Positions 19,072 through 28,853 of a stretch of DNA of 64,000 nt are shown piece by piece; positions within the stretch are counted from its first letter, which is position 1, and every line of letters starts with the position of its first letter. Under the pieces are notes generated by a model. The model had not been told where the DNA came from and made no database searches. It worked only from the letters and a program-made list of their open reading frames with translations. Source of the stretch: an uncultured virus (IMG/VR IMGVR_UViG_2630968567_000005) (taxonomy: Duplodnaviria > Heunggongvirae > Uroviricota > Caudoviricetes); the IMG/VR virus record IMGVR_UViG_2630968567_000005; one strand, 5' to 3'. The position numbers and the translations under genes were made by a program.

Positions 19072-20148
19072 TTAGCTGGATGCGTGGATGACAGAGAAGT
19101 GACCGTTAATGTCCTGCTTAACCATCAGGCCAGCAGCACCCCATGAGCGCCACACGTAATCAGAGTTGTAGAACTGGCGAGGATCGGCAACTGTACCGAA
19201 TGCCTGCCCAACGATGGGAGCGATGACACCGGCTTGCAGAGGAACAATCACGATTTCGTTGCCAGTCAGTTCAACATCTTCTTTGATGGCTGAGATACCA
19301 GATAACTTCATGATTTCTTCCAGCACTGTACGGGTCGAATTCACATCAAAATACTGTTCCCAGTTAGAGATGATTTCGCTCGATACATACCAGGTCTGTT
19401 GTCCGTACTGGAAGTTTTGCAGCTTCAGTACATCACGCAAGGCAATTGCACCGGCCCGCATGGCTTTAACATCCGTGCTGGTCGCAAAGTTAATGGTCAG
19501 CGTAACTTGGGCGACACGTTCATCGTGACGTAAGCCTTTCCAAGTCTTACCATCGAAGTTGATGTAGTTGCCTGCCGCGTCGCGGAAGCCCTCCCAGATG
19601 TAATCCACATACTGGCGACGAACGTCTTTGATAGAGCCAGCCTGAGCATCAGACAAAGAAGCCAGGGCCGAGCCTTTGTTGAATACCGGATCACGCCAGT
19701 TGAACTTAAAACCGCTGTCATGGATAGGAACCATCGTGCCATCGAAGGTGTAGGACTTCGCATCTAGCGCCGCACCAATCTGTCCAGACATCGACGTGTG
19801 TGCCCAACCGCGACCGCCAGTGCGAGCATACTCATACACTGACTCTTCCAGACGAACTGATCGCGATAACGGCATCAGGTCATTCAACAAAGTGAATTCA
19901 GTGTTTGGCTCAAACTCAGACAAAACAGTCTGATCGTATGCTTTGTAAAGTCGGCGAATATCATCAACGGCATTCACTGCTGTCAGCTCAGGAGCATCTT
20001 CGGCATCGCCACGCCATTTTGTGCGGGCAATAAAGTCAGCTGCGGCCTGGGCACTGGCATTACGTGCTGAAGTCAACTTCCTGAACTGAGACGAGTTAAC
20101 TTCAAGATTGCCAGTCTCAGTGGCTTTCTTCGTGGAAAATACAAACAT
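19072..20148 (-). CDS. Major capsid protein
   Basis: ~358 aa after the protease and decoration genes; AAGGAG RBS before MFVFSTKK. Confidence 0.8.
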   Translation of the reverse strand: MFVFSTKKATETGNLEVNSSQFRKLTSARNASAQAAADFIARTKWRGDAEDAPELTAVNAVDDIRRLYKAYDQTVLSEFEPNTEFTLLNDLMPLSRSVRLEESVYEYARTGGRGWAHTSMSGQIGAALDAKSYTFDGTMVPIHDSGFKFNWRDPVFNKGSALASLSDAQAGSIKDVRRQYVDYIWEGFRDAAGNYINFDGKTWKGLRHDERVAQVTLTINFATSTDVKAMRAGAIALRDVLKLQNFQYGQQTWYVSSEIISNWEQYFDVNSTRTVLEEIMKLSGISAIKEDVELTGNEIVIVPLQAGVIAPIVGQAFGTVADPRQFYNSDYVWRSWGAAGLMVKQDINGHFSVIHASS

Positions 20149-20158
20149 TCGCGGCTCC

Positions 20159-20599
20159 TTACTTAATGACAACGCGCAGGAGCTGGCCTGCTGTCGCAAT
20201 GGTGTATGAACGGTCTTCTTCTACATAAGCACGAGTAGATTCGCCGGTTGCTTTCGCCTTAACTCGTCCATTAACGATAGAGAGAGGCTGGCCTTTGGTG
20301 TATGTGCCGGTTGCCGCAGGAACGTTGAAGAAAACGCCTGGTGTTGGGTGCATCGCGACAACCCAATCACCAGCAGCAATGGTTTCGTCCACTGTTTTGC
20401 AACGCAGGTAGTCGTAATTCGCGACATACAGAATTGCATCTTCATTGCCATCAACGGAGGCCGTGAATTTTTTCGTGGCGTTATCGAAGAAACCAACTGT
20501 TCCCGGTTGGGTTGCCGCTGCTGCCGCACCTTCACGATGCAACTGCGGATTTGCGAAGATGCCACCCGCGTGGATTACGTGCTTTCCATCTTTAGCCAT
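20159..20599 (-). CDS. Putative capsid decoration/cement protein
   Basis: Between protease/scaffold and capsid genes. Confidence 0.6.
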   Translation of the reverse strand: MAKDGKHVIHAGGIFANPQLHREGAAAAATQPGTVGFFDNATKKFTASVDGNEDAILYVANYDYLRCKTVDETIAAGDWVVAMHPTPGVFFNVPAATGTYTKGQPLSIVNGRVKAKATGESTRAYVEEDRSYTIATAGQLLRVVIK

Positions 20600-20602
20600 T
20601 GT

Positions 20603-21790
20603 TTACTCCGGCATTTCGCTAACTGATTGAGATGAGTTGGCTTGACGGAATGAACCGTTCAGGCCGGTGGAGGTAGAGCATTGAGCGAACAGCTCATTCA
20701 GTGGTTCGCCGTCCAGAGCATTGACCGCAACATCAGTCATGCCGAACTTGGCTTTGACTGCTGCACGTTTCTCGCCTTTCTCTTTGTCAGAGTTGGCAGT
20801 CAGGCCGGTTTCAATGCTGTTCAGCTTTTCAGCGAATGGCTTGAACCAAGCCGGTGCTTCTTCGTTGTTGGTGGTGGTCTCTTTGGCCTTTTTGTCAGCA
20901 CCTTCTTTGTCTTTCTTGGCTTTTTCTTCTGCATCAGCTTTCGCCTTAGCATCGTCGACTACCATCTGGTTATACGCATCCATCAGCTCAGCCTCGGTCT
21001 TGCCTTCGACCTCTTTGCCTTTCGCTTTCAGCGCGTTGGTGATGAGTTCTTTCATCGGTTTTGCTTCCTCTTTGACGGGCTTGTTATTGGCGCTGAAGAA
21101 CGCCATGAATTGGTTAAAGAACTGCTTGATAGCTGGGTCTTGCGGGTCGGGAATTGCTGAGTCAGCGATGTTTGCTGTTTCGATTTCTTGCTCATCACCT
21201 TCTGCGTTTACGAAGATGCCAACTCCCTCTTCTGGAGTGCCAGCGCCGGGCTGGTCAAGCAATACTGCGACGTGATCGAAGTCCATGTTGGTGACGATTT
21301 TCTCGTAACGTTTACCCTTGGATTCGCCATTCGCGGTGATTTCTTTGTGAAGCAGGCCGGTTGAGATATGGACTGGGGCAACGTTCTTGCCTGCTGCCAT
21401 ATCATCCAAACGTTGAATTAGTCGCTTTCCGTTGTCGCTACCCTCTGCGTAACGCCGGTCAACGTACATATCGCCTGAAACCTTGCCACCATCACGGTTT
21501 ACGTTCTGCAGCCAAGCACCTACGTGGTAATCATTAACCGCTTGAACATCCCGCGCCGAAATATGCTTACCGTTTACCTTCGGATGCCCAAAAGGCATTG
21601 GGTTGCGCTCAAGCGACTTGTAGCTTTTTTCAATTTCAGCTGCCGGGTATAACTTCCGATTCATAACGATGTCGTCAACGATAGGCGTGACGCCACGAAC
21701 CACGATGTGTGGTTTACCGTTGATTGTTTCGGTGGTGATGTTTGAAGCGGAGTTGATGACCGACAGCACGTTTACGCAGATGCGTGACAT
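20603..21790 (-). CDS. Prohead protease/scaffold (DUF2213-like)
   Basis: 'MPFGHP', 'ISTG', 'FDHVAVLLDQPGAGTP' and a charged scaffold-like C-terminus. Confidence 0.8.
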   Translation of the reverse strand: MSRICVNVLSVINSASNITTETINGKPHIVVRGVTPIVDDIVMNRKLYPAAEIEKSYKSLERNPMPFGHPKVNGKHISARDVQAVNDYHVGAWLQNVNRDGGKVSGDMYVDRRYAEGSDNGKRLIQRLDDMAAGKNVAPVHISTGLLHKEITANGESKGKRYEKIVTNMDFDHVAVLLDQPGAGTPEEGVGIFVNAEGDEQEIETANIADSAIPDPQDPAIKQFFNQFMAFFSANNKPVKEEAKPMKELITNALKAKGKEVEGKTEAELMDAYNQMVVDDAKAKADAEEKAKKDKEGADKKAKETTTNNEEAPAWFKPFAEKLNSIETGLTANSDKEKGEKRAAVKAKFGMTDVAVNALDGEPLNELFAQCSTSTGLNGSFRQANSSQSVSEMPE

Positions 21791-21863
21791 GCTGTGTCCT
21801 CTTTGGTGGATTTCAGGCAATAAAAAAGGCCGCCTTAGCGCCCCTCTTTTTTTTTGAATTTTT

Positions 21864-22085
21864 TTAAATCTTGTTAAACGATATCAGGATTATCTTTTCG
21901 CTTGAGACATTATAATTAGATGCAATCTTGGCAATATATTTATCGTGCACCTCTTCACCATTTAATGAAGCATCTTCTTCAAAGGTGTTATAACCCTCAA
22001 CTTTGGCATTATTATTACGGTAGAAGAACCACGAGGCAAACCATTGTTGTTTCATTACTTTATCCTTTAGCCTGAATAGGTTCAA
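21864..22085 (-). CDS. Small AT-rich moron, hypothetical
   Basis: Short ORF followed by a hairpin/T-run; start may be internal (MKQQW). Confidence 0.45.
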   Translation of the reverse strand: MNLFRLKDKVMKQQWFASWFFYRNNNAKVEGYNTFEEDASLNGEEVHDKYIAKIASNYNVSSEKIILISFNKI

Positions 22086-22112
22086 AAGGTATCGGCAAAT
22101 GCTTCTCTTTCT

Positions 22113-23084
22113 TTACTTATAATTATTCCAATTCTTACGCTCTTCGCCCAACCTGCTGACCAAACCCTCATTCACAACCTCGCCTTTATCATTCAGGATG
22201 GCCGGTATCTGTGAGCAGTAGCAGCGGTATTTGTTGCCGTTCTCAGCATAGAAGGCTTCGACTTCCTCGACCGTGTAAATTCGACCGTGGCGAACTGCAT
22301 GCCATGCTCTGGTAGTCGGCTTGAGCGCTGACAGCCAGAGCAATCCAGTATTCAGGCCAAGGCGTTCTTTTGCCCATGTCGTTTCTGCCCACTGAGCTTT
22401 GCGAAGTGCGCCTACCTGTTCGGTCTGTGCAATGTTTTTCGCACCGCTCATGCTGATATCAAGGCGCTTGCTAATTAATCTGGCTGTTTCCCTCGGGTTA
22501 ATTCCTCGCCCGATCGCATCTGAAATGACATTAGTCAGGTCTGCACAACCCTTATCGCTGATCCCTTTCCAATCGCTATATGTTGATACATAGGCCATTG
22601 ATATCTGATTTTGGTATGCAGGTGACGACAGTAATGCACTGAGTGTAGTTTGTGAGGCGTATACCGGAGATTGCACTGATAGGTTAGTGAAGGCGCTCAG
22701 CGTGCCGCGCTGGTACTCATCAGAAACGTATGAGAACGCCCAAATGTCCTGACCTATGCCTTCGAGCAGATAGTCGTCCAGAATCGTCTGCACACGCTCT
22801 AGCAGGTCGGCGAGTTGCTGCGCTGTCATGTCATAGATGTACGCTGACGCATTTACCTGATAGATGGTGTCGCCATGCACTGCGAATGACTGTTCAGTGT
22901 TACCCTCTCGCACCCTGCCAGTCAGCCGCTCATCAAATAGCCGCTTCAAGACGGTTTTAATGCCTAAGTAACGCTCCTCGATATCACGATACATCTTGTT
23001 GACGGTGCGGTAAGACTGAGTAGGGTCGGCTTTATTGCACGGTACTATCGGTGTCCCGATTCTGGTCGCTGTCGTCGTCTCCAT
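22113..23084 (-). CDS. Minor head morphogenesis protein (SPP1 gp7 / Mu F-like)
   Basis: 'IAQTE', 'TTRAWHAVRHG', 'RCYCS' motifs. Confidence 0.85.
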   Translation of the reverse strand: METTTATRIGTPIVPCNKADPTQSYRTVNKMYRDIEERYLGIKTVLKRLFDERLTGRVREGNTEQSFAVHGDTIYQVNASAYIYDMTAQQLADLLERVQTILDDYLLEGIGQDIWAFSYVSDEYQRGTLSAFTNLSVQSPVYASQTTLSALLSSPAYQNQISMAYVSTYSDWKGISDKGCADLTNVISDAIGRGINPRETARLISKRLDISMSGAKNIAQTEQVGALRKAQWAETTWAKERLGLNTGLLWLSALKPTTRAWHAVRHGRIYTVEEVEAFYAENGNKYRCYCSQIPAILNDKGEVVNEGLVSRLGEERKNWNNYK

Positions 23085-24489
23085 TCAGCGGATCCTTACC
23101 GGTTGGCGGTGCGTTAGGGTCTAGTTCGGTTGGCTCTTTGATTGGCTCAAGCTCACCGGCAGCGCGGATTTCGTTAATCTCTACCGCTGGCGTTCCGTAT
23201 GCCTGCTGAGTTTTCTGCGCGATATCTGCAAGCTTGCCCATGTTGTCGAGCTTCTCACTGTCGCCCGGGGCGAGTAAATCCGACCAATCGACGGTAATTT
23301 CTCCCGCCTTAGGCTGAGGAATTACACCAAGATCACTCCACCTCTGAACGACGGTAGTGATGATGTAAGACAGCCAACTGCTTCTTCGGGAATTGCATCG
23401 AGCCGCCCACGCCTTCTTGTCCTCCGTTGAAGCAAGGTTCCCCGTTTGCTTGCCGAAAAGAATGTTGAATGGGCAACGGATAGTTGCAGCGTAGCTGTTG
23501 GCAGATACAGTCCATGATGGCGTTGGGTCAGCAGCGGCCACCGATAGAACTGAAGCCTGACCGGCCTGCATAACCAGAGCGGAATCAGTCCCCCTATTCA
23601 TCCTCACAATCTTATCGTTCAGTGCATCGCCGAGGTCTTTGAAACCGGCATCGGTGGCTGCCTTCTTCAGTGTCGCCATGTCAGTTTCTTTATCGAACTC
23701 AATTCCAAGCTGACGACTGGCGTTTTTCAGGAACCCCTCTGCGCTGCCGCCTTTGGTTTTCTCAATATCCAGCAGATCATTATATCCGGCCTCATTGAGA
23801 GGTTCACCGGAAAGCATGTTGTCGTCTTCAGAGCCCTCGGCGAGAATTATCACCCGGTCTGGGTGCACTGTGATACTTCTAACATTGCCGTATGTTCCGT
23901 CATCACCGATGGGCTGCTCATTGAACGTGTAGTTAACTGGCTGACTGTAAGTATCTGACCGCGTGTCGATGTCATAACTGCCAGGCTTAATCTGTGATTC
24001 CCATGCGGGGATCAGCTTAACTAAAGCGGCCTCGCCTAGCTTTGCAACCAGCGCCTTATCTACAGGCTCTGACCAGTCACGATTGTCTTTTATTTGCAGA
24101 ATGATCGCCGAGTAATGCCCGACCATGTTACGGCGGTCTGCATCCTTGATTTTTTCCCAATACTTTTTAAGAAGCTTGGTTACCGTCTTTTCCCAAGGCG
24201 TTTCTTTTTTCTTCTTATCAGCGAGAGGGCCATCAATGATGATTGGCTTATCAACCCAGCAGGAATCCAGCGTTACGTGTACACCGGCATATGCAGCTGA
24301 GTTTCTGCGGTAAGTCCTATAGAAAGTTGCGAAACTTACAGTGTCCGGGTATCCAAATTCATCCCATAATGTTGTGCGCTTGGTGTTCCCGTTAAACTGA
24401 CCGGCGTATAAAGCACGCTGGCGACCCACCGCGACTTGGTCAGCGAGGGCATTCACGAGGAACTGAACCTCGTTATTGGTATCACTCAC
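23032..24489 (-). CDS. Portal protein (DUF1073-like)
   Basis: 485 aa directly after TerL; 'VHPDRV', 'LFGKQTG..ASTED'. Confidence 0.85.
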   Translation of the reverse strand: MSDTNNEVQFLVNALADQVAVGRQRALYAGQFNGNTKRTTLWDEFGYPDTVSFATFYRTYRRNSAAYAGVHVTLDSCWVDKPIIIDGPLADKKKKETPWEKTVTKLLKKYWEKIKDADRRNMVGHYSAIILQIKDNRDWSEPVDKALVAKLGEAALVKLIPAWESQIKPGSYDIDTRSDTYSQPVNYTFNEQPIGDDGTYGNVRSITVHPDRVIILAEGSEDDNMLSGEPLNEAGYNDLLDIEKTKGGSAEGFLKNASRQLGIEFDKETDMATLKKAATDAGFKDLGDALNDKIVRMNRGTDSALVMQAGQASVLSVAAADPTPSWTVSANSYAATIRCPFNILFGKQTGNLASTEDKKAWAARCNSRRSSWLSYIITTVVQRWSDLGVIPQPKAGEITVDWSDLLAPGDSEKLDNMGKLADIAQKTQQAYGTPAVEINEIRAAGELEPIKEPTELDPNAPPTGKDPLNGDDDSDQNRDTDSTVQ

Positions 24490-24499
24490 TGATTGCTCC

Positions 24500-25972
24500 T
24501 TAGAAGAATACAGCGCCGACTTGCTTGTGGTTGTTCTTGGCTACGGCAAAGTAGCGGAACGCATCAGAGCCGTGAGATGTGTGGTCATGTAATGGCTTGT
24601 CTTTCCAGCAGCCGCACTTGTCATCCCATTCCTTCCTGTAACCTTCCAAATGAGTGATGCCTTCTGCGCACTTCTCATCGTCAAAGACACATTTAGGGAG
24701 GATTTCACGCACTGACTCAATGCCGGTATCAACGCCGGTTTTCGGAACCACTTTGAATGTCATGGAGTAAACCTGACCGTCGATTTCGTAGCCTTCGCGA
24801 GCCAGCTCTTTACGGGATTTGGCATCAGAGCCGAATTCACGGTTCTCAATGTCGTGTGGCCCCCAGTGGTCACCATACTCATATCCTCGGTCTTTCAGCA
24901 CTTTCATGTAGTGCCGCAGACCTTCACCGGAGTTTTCGTAGTAGTCGATGACGTGGAACTCTTCACCAACCTCTCGCACGAACCAGATAGCAGTAGAGTC
25001 ACCCACGCCGATATCCCAGAACGTGTGAACGGGAAGGTGTGCGTTATCAGGAATTGAGTCGATACGTTTGTTGGTGTAGAGCCAGCGGAACTGTTTGGCG
25101 TAATACGCGCCTTCCACTGATTGCTGGAATGCCTCAGACGGGATAGTTGGGTATTCCCGCTTCATGTCATCGCCGAGAGTCTTCTCTTTGGCGTAATACC
25201 AGGCTTTCTGGCGCTCGTTTAGATGAACGCCGTGCTTGGCTTCCATCTCTGCAAAGTAATCAACCAGGCGCTGAGGTAAAGCCTCAACCGGGTCAATTGC
25301 GTACTGCGGGTTTCGCCACCAGGTGAAGAAGAAGAACTTCCAATCGAGGTTAGAAAGTTTCTTTCCCTGAAGCTGTGCTTTTTCTGCTGTTTGGCAATAG
25401 TCGAAGAAGTAACCAGCGCGACCTTCCGCTGTACTTTCGATAGTGGTAAAGCAGTCAGTTGATACCGCTTCCAATGCGCCAGTGACAATCTCACGCGCTT
25501 TGTCAGGATACTTGGCGCATATCTTACCGAACTCTGAAACATGCAGGTAACGCAGCGTGCCGCCACGAAATGAGGTGCTGACGTAGAGTGAGCCGCCTTT
25601 GTTAAATACCAACTCGCCAGCGGAATCATTACTTGCCGGATTGGCTGCTTTGATTTCATCGGGCAACTTGTCGTAGGCGTATTTCACCTTTTCGCGAAAC
25701 AGACGCCTGGCGTCATTCAGTGTGTGGGCAATCAGGGCACATTTGGCCGATTCGAACAGCGCGGCATCTAACTGAATAATGCAAACCTCAGTCGTGAAGC
25801 CAAGCTGACGAGCTTTAAGAATGATATTACGAGTATGGATACCTTCGAAGTATTCGCGCTGCTCAGGCGTCATCCTGAAGCGTATCGGCTTACCTTCTTT
25901 GTCGGTGATCCAGTAAAGATTATTCAGCCGCCAGTCTTTATCTGCCAGCAGCTTGAGGTGCTCAGGTCTCAT
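24500..25972 (-). CDS. terL: Terminase large subunit
   Basis: 'ILKARQLGFTT' Walker A, 'LHVSE', 'WDIGVGDST', 'HGSDAFRY'. Confidence 0.95.
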   Translation of the reverse strand: MRPEHLKLLADKDWRLNNLYWITDKEGKPIRFRMTPEQREYFEGIHTRNIILKARQLGFTTEVCIIQLDAALFESAKCALIAHTLNDARRLFREKVKYAYDKLPDEIKAANPASNDSAGELVFNKGGSLYVSTSFRGGTLRYLHVSEFGKICAKYPDKAREIVTGALEAVSTDCFTTIESTAEGRAGYFFDYCQTAEKAQLQGKKLSNLDWKFFFFTWWRNPQYAIDPVEALPQRLVDYFAEMEAKHGVHLNERQKAWYYAKEKTLGDDMKREYPTIPSEAFQQSVEGAYYAKQFRWLYTNKRIDSIPDNAHLPVHTFWDIGVGDSTAIWFVREVGEEFHVIDYYENSGEGLRHYMKVLKDRGYEYGDHWGPHDIENREFGSDAKSRKELAREGYEIDGQVYSMTFKVVPKTGVDTGIESVREILPKCVFDDEKCAEGITHLEGYRKEWDDKCGCWKDKPLHDHTSHGSDAFRYFAVAKNNHKQVGAVFF

Positions 25973-26574
25973 TATGCCCCCTGAGACAATGAATCCATCA
26001 GGTCAGAAAGTTTCTTAACAGAGTTGTCGCCTTCCGGCCCGTCGATGTCGTATGCCTGACGCTCAAGTCCGATGAGGTTCTTCAATGCATCGCTAAGCGC
26101 CTTAACCGACTTAACCCGATCCGGCATGCTGATGACCTTATGATAAATCTCATTCAGGCGATCCTGTCCCTTATCGTCTGGGTTGAACATTAACTCACCG
26201 AGCTTTTCCAGAGTAGCGACATCAGCACACTCAGCTCCAAGCTCATCAAATAGAGCGTTGGTGATTGCCCTAGCACGACGAATATCGCCACGATGCTCCA
26301 TGCGAACGTTGGCAATGACTTCTGCGTTAGCCTCAATCAGTATCCGCTCGTTGGTAGCCGTTTCAGTGGATACCTTGCTGGATACCTCGCGTTTGGATAC
26401 CAGCGCATCTGCCTTGGCTTTTATCTTCGCCTTGAGGTCACGCTCCCAGCCGTCACGCTTTGCTCGCTTGTTAATAGCGCCGTGAGTGATGCCGTGTTGT
26501 GATGCTATTTCTCGGATAGACATCAAGCCAGCTCGGTACGCCGATTCGATGGCCTCCCAATCTGGTTTGGTCAT
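25972..26574 (-). CDS. terS: Terminase small subunit
   Basis: N-terminal HTH 'PDWEAIESAYRAG..SIREIA...INKRAKRDGW'; directly upstream of TerL. Confidence 0.85.
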   Translation of the reverse strand: MTKPDWEAIESAYRAGLMSIREIASQHGITHGAINKRAKRDGWERDLKAKIKAKADALVSKREVSSKVSTETATNERILIEANAEVIANVRMEHRGDIRRARAITNALFDELGAECADVATLEKLGELMFNPDDKGQDRLNEIYHKVISMPDRVKSVKALSDALKNLIGLERQAYDIDGPEGDNSVKKLSDLMDSLSQGA

Positions 26575-26686
26575 TCGCTATTCCTTTTGTCGTTATAAAT
26601 CTTTGTGAAGCGCCATTATGGTGAAGCTTGGCAGAGTTTTATAAATAGCATCCAATAAAAAACCGCTCGGAGGCGGCTTGTGATGA

Positions 26687-27007
26687 TTACCTGACGCAGT
26701 ATCTAATGCTGTACAACACACTTGGTCCGAAGCTCACTATCAGTGATGCGAGGATCCCGCAGATACTGGAAATGCGAATACCGGGAGCCGTTAAATAGTC
26801 AAACAAAGGAGTCCCGAAAATAGCGGCGTACTGTAGAGCGGTGAAAGCAAGAATAAGTACCAAAAAAAGCAGCGCACTTTTCAGCGTGAAGAATATCCAT
26901 TCTCTTATCCCGAGTCCGATATACCCATTGCGTCTAAACGCCCCTTTGTAGTCCCTTATGAACTTTGCCATGCCTTGCAACCTTGAGCTTAAATCGTTCC
27001 TTATCAT
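26687..27007 (-). CDS. Membrane protein moron between lysis and packaging genes
   Basis: Two hydrophobic segments; followed by a terminator hairpin. Confidence 0.55.
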   Translation of the reverse strand: MIRNDLSSRLQGMAKFIRDYKGAFRRNGYIGLGIREWIFFTLKSALLFLVLILAFTALQYAAIFGTPLFDYLTAPGIRISSICGILASLIVSFGPSVLYSIRYCVR

Positions 27008-27072
27008 TGCATAGATTGTCTGTTATTGGGTATCTACTGAGAGCCGTTGTGGCAGTGCTTCCCAATTTGCAA

Positions 27073-27333
27073 TCATGTTTTCCTCCCAACGTTCTGGCGC
27101 CAGTCAATAACCTCATCAAGCCGACCTTTGCAGATTCGTAGTTCCCGCTTTAGTTCCATCGCGTACAACCCGCCATCTCCCCATGTAGTACCGGTAAATT
27201 CTGGAACCTCACAAGGGGTAAGCGCTGACTCTGCGGGTAATAATAGGGCTGGTTCGGTAATGGGTGGTTTAACGGGATTATTCACGCATGACGTTAATGA
27301 CATCACCAGGCATAGGCTTGATAGCACAATCAT
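27073..27333 (-). CDS. Outer-membrane spanin (Rz1-like lipoprotein)
   Basis: Lipobox 'LTSC', Pro-rich mature part, overlaps the i-spanin end. Confidence 0.8.
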   Translation of the reverse strand: MIVLSSLCLVMSLTSCVNNPVKPPITEPALLLPAESALTPCEVPEFTGTTWGDGGLYAMELKRELRICKGRLDEVIDWRQNVGRKT

Positions 27334-27610
27334 CACTCGCCGCTGCTGCTTTAAACCGTGCAACCTGTAATTCACTTTCATTGCGTAGTTTCCTTTCGTT
27401 CTCAAGCTGACGGGTTGTGGCTGCTCGGTTGGCGGCTTCATTCACCTGGTATGCATCGATGATGTTGCCCAGTGCTGTGTTTGTGGCTTGCTCATCACTC
27501 AGCGCTTTTTCCGCTTTTTGGATATCATTTGAGAGGCGATAACTGTTAAAGAACAGAGCCGACGCAATAACCACCAACACAGCAATGACTAATCCAATGG
27601 CCTTATTCAT
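27278..27610 (-). CDS. Inner-membrane spanin (Rz-like)
   Basis: N-terminal TM plus coiled coil, after the endolysin. Confidence 0.8.
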   Translation of the reverse strand: MNKAIGLVIAVLVVIASALFFNSYRLSNDIQKAEKALSDEQATNTALGNIIDAYQVNEAANRAATTRQLENERKLRNESELQVARFKAAAASDDCAIKPMPGDVINVMRE

Positions 27611-28136
27611 CCAGCCCCCAGCACGTCAGTTCGCTTTCTTGCGCACGGCGTTCTATCTGCCCGTAACAGTTGTTGGAGCGAATGCGGCAATCTTTCCCGC
27701 CGTCCCTGATCCAGCGCTTGATCTCAGCACATGCGCCTTTACGGTCGCCAGCGTTGAGTTTGTAATAAAACGTAGATGGTAGGCATTTGGCAGGGCCAAT
27801 GTTGTAAGGACAGAATGAAGCTATACCGGCTTTCTGTGGTTCTGTCAGTGGAACGTGAACATTCCGTTCAACCCAGGCTATGGCAGCGGCTGATTCTTTC
27901 TGGTTTAACTTGTCGCATTGAGCGGCGGTAAGTCTCATCCCCATCAGCACTGGTTTGCCGTCGATATAAGTAATACCACGGCAAATAGTCGGCTTTCCTT
28001 GCCCATCCCGATAAGCTGAAAGGCGATTCCCCTCTCTCTCATCAAGGTAGTGATCAAGAATTATCGATGCCGGTGCGCCAGCTAGCACAACACCCAGAAC
28101 GGTAGCGCTGAGCTTGCTCTTTGTTGATATCGACAT
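27603..28136 (-). CDS. SAR-type endolysin (lysozyme)
   Basis: Weakly hydrophobic N-terminus, 'EG..LSAYRDGQGKPTICRG' E-D-T triad. Confidence 0.92.
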   Translation of the reverse strand: MSISTKSKLSATVLGVVLAGAPASIILDHYLDEREGNRLSAYRDGQGKPTICRGITYIDGKPVLMGMRLTAAQCDKLNQKESAAAIAWVERNVHVPLTEPQKAGIASFCPYNIGPAKCLPSTFYYKLNAGDRKGACAEIKRWIRDGGKDCRIRSNNCYGQIERRAQESELTCWGLDE

Positions 28137-28402
28137 TAACGATCCTCCGACATCAATATGTGCATCTCTTCATCTGTCAGGTTTTTGTTTTTCCGATTAA
28201 GGTACTCTCTGAGGAGTTTTTGCCGCTGGCACTTAAACCACACGCCAGAAGCGCACCCGATTATCGTGGTGATGATGCCAACGATAATGCCTAAAATCAT
28301 CCATTCGCTCGGGGCAAGGTAGTTAATCAAACTAAATAAAACTGAGCCGATACCGCCGCCATAAGTGGCATTGTCTGCAATCCTCTCCTGCATGTTTTTC
28401 AT
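28136..28402 (-). CDS. Holin with possible dual start (MKNM)
   Basis: Two TM segments, basic C-terminus, upstream of the endolysin. Confidence 0.75.
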   Translation of the reverse strand: MKNMQERIADNATYGGGIGSVLFSLINYLAPSEWMILGIIVGIITTIIGCASGVWFKCQRQKLLREYLNRKNKNLTDEEMHILMSEDR

Positions 28403-28466
28403 CCTCACCCCCCGGTACCGGTTGGCATAAAAAAGGCCACGCAAAAGCGCAGCCTGAAAAAGTATC

Positions 28467-28680
28467 GCCACTTCTCGCAGTGGCCACGCTCATGCCCTTG
28501 AGTCTCTGCCGCCTTAAGCCGCTAATAACCGGTGTTAGTGTGGCTTGCTAACTGCTTTACCGGTGCGATTTCTCCCATTAACCCTCACCAGTTCGCCCCC
28601 AGCTTTTTACCTGAGACTGGCTACCCGCAACTTTGGGTATTCGGGGTCGCATCATGACTGCGACATATACGTGCGGCCTA
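28467..28680 (-). ncRNA. Candidate structured ncRNA in the late leader
   Basis: At least five stems visible by eye; no convincing ORF. Confidence 0.4.
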
Positions 28681-28751
28681 ACCGTTTTGCTACAGCATTT
28701 TCCTATCCTCCAGAAATGACAAAGCCCCACCGATTGGTGAGGCCAAAAATA

Positions 28752-28853
28752 GAAAAACCCGCACAGATGGCGGGTTTCTTTTAATTTCGTCGCTTGCGTG
28801 TATAGCTCCGCGAGCTTATGTCTAAATCATATATTTTTTGTTCAAATAGTCAA
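28752..28853 (-). promoter_or_regulatory. Putative late promoter pR' and terminator tR'
   Basis: TTGACT-16-TATGAT overlapping the end of Q, then AAACCCGC-CATCTGT-GCGGGTTTTT. Confidence 0.55.

Noticed and set aside
20681..21275. Overlapping plus-strand ORFs of 159 and 184 aa
   Set aside because: Antisense shadows of the protease/scaffold gene
23032..24489. Anti-CBASS (Acb1) label sometimes attached to DUF1073 proteins
   Set aside because: Size and position directly after TerL indicate a portal; no separate phosphodiesterase domain is evident
28545..28784. 79-aa plus-strand ORF in the late leader
   Set aside because: TTG start without an RBS, antisense to late transcription, and spans terminators and stems
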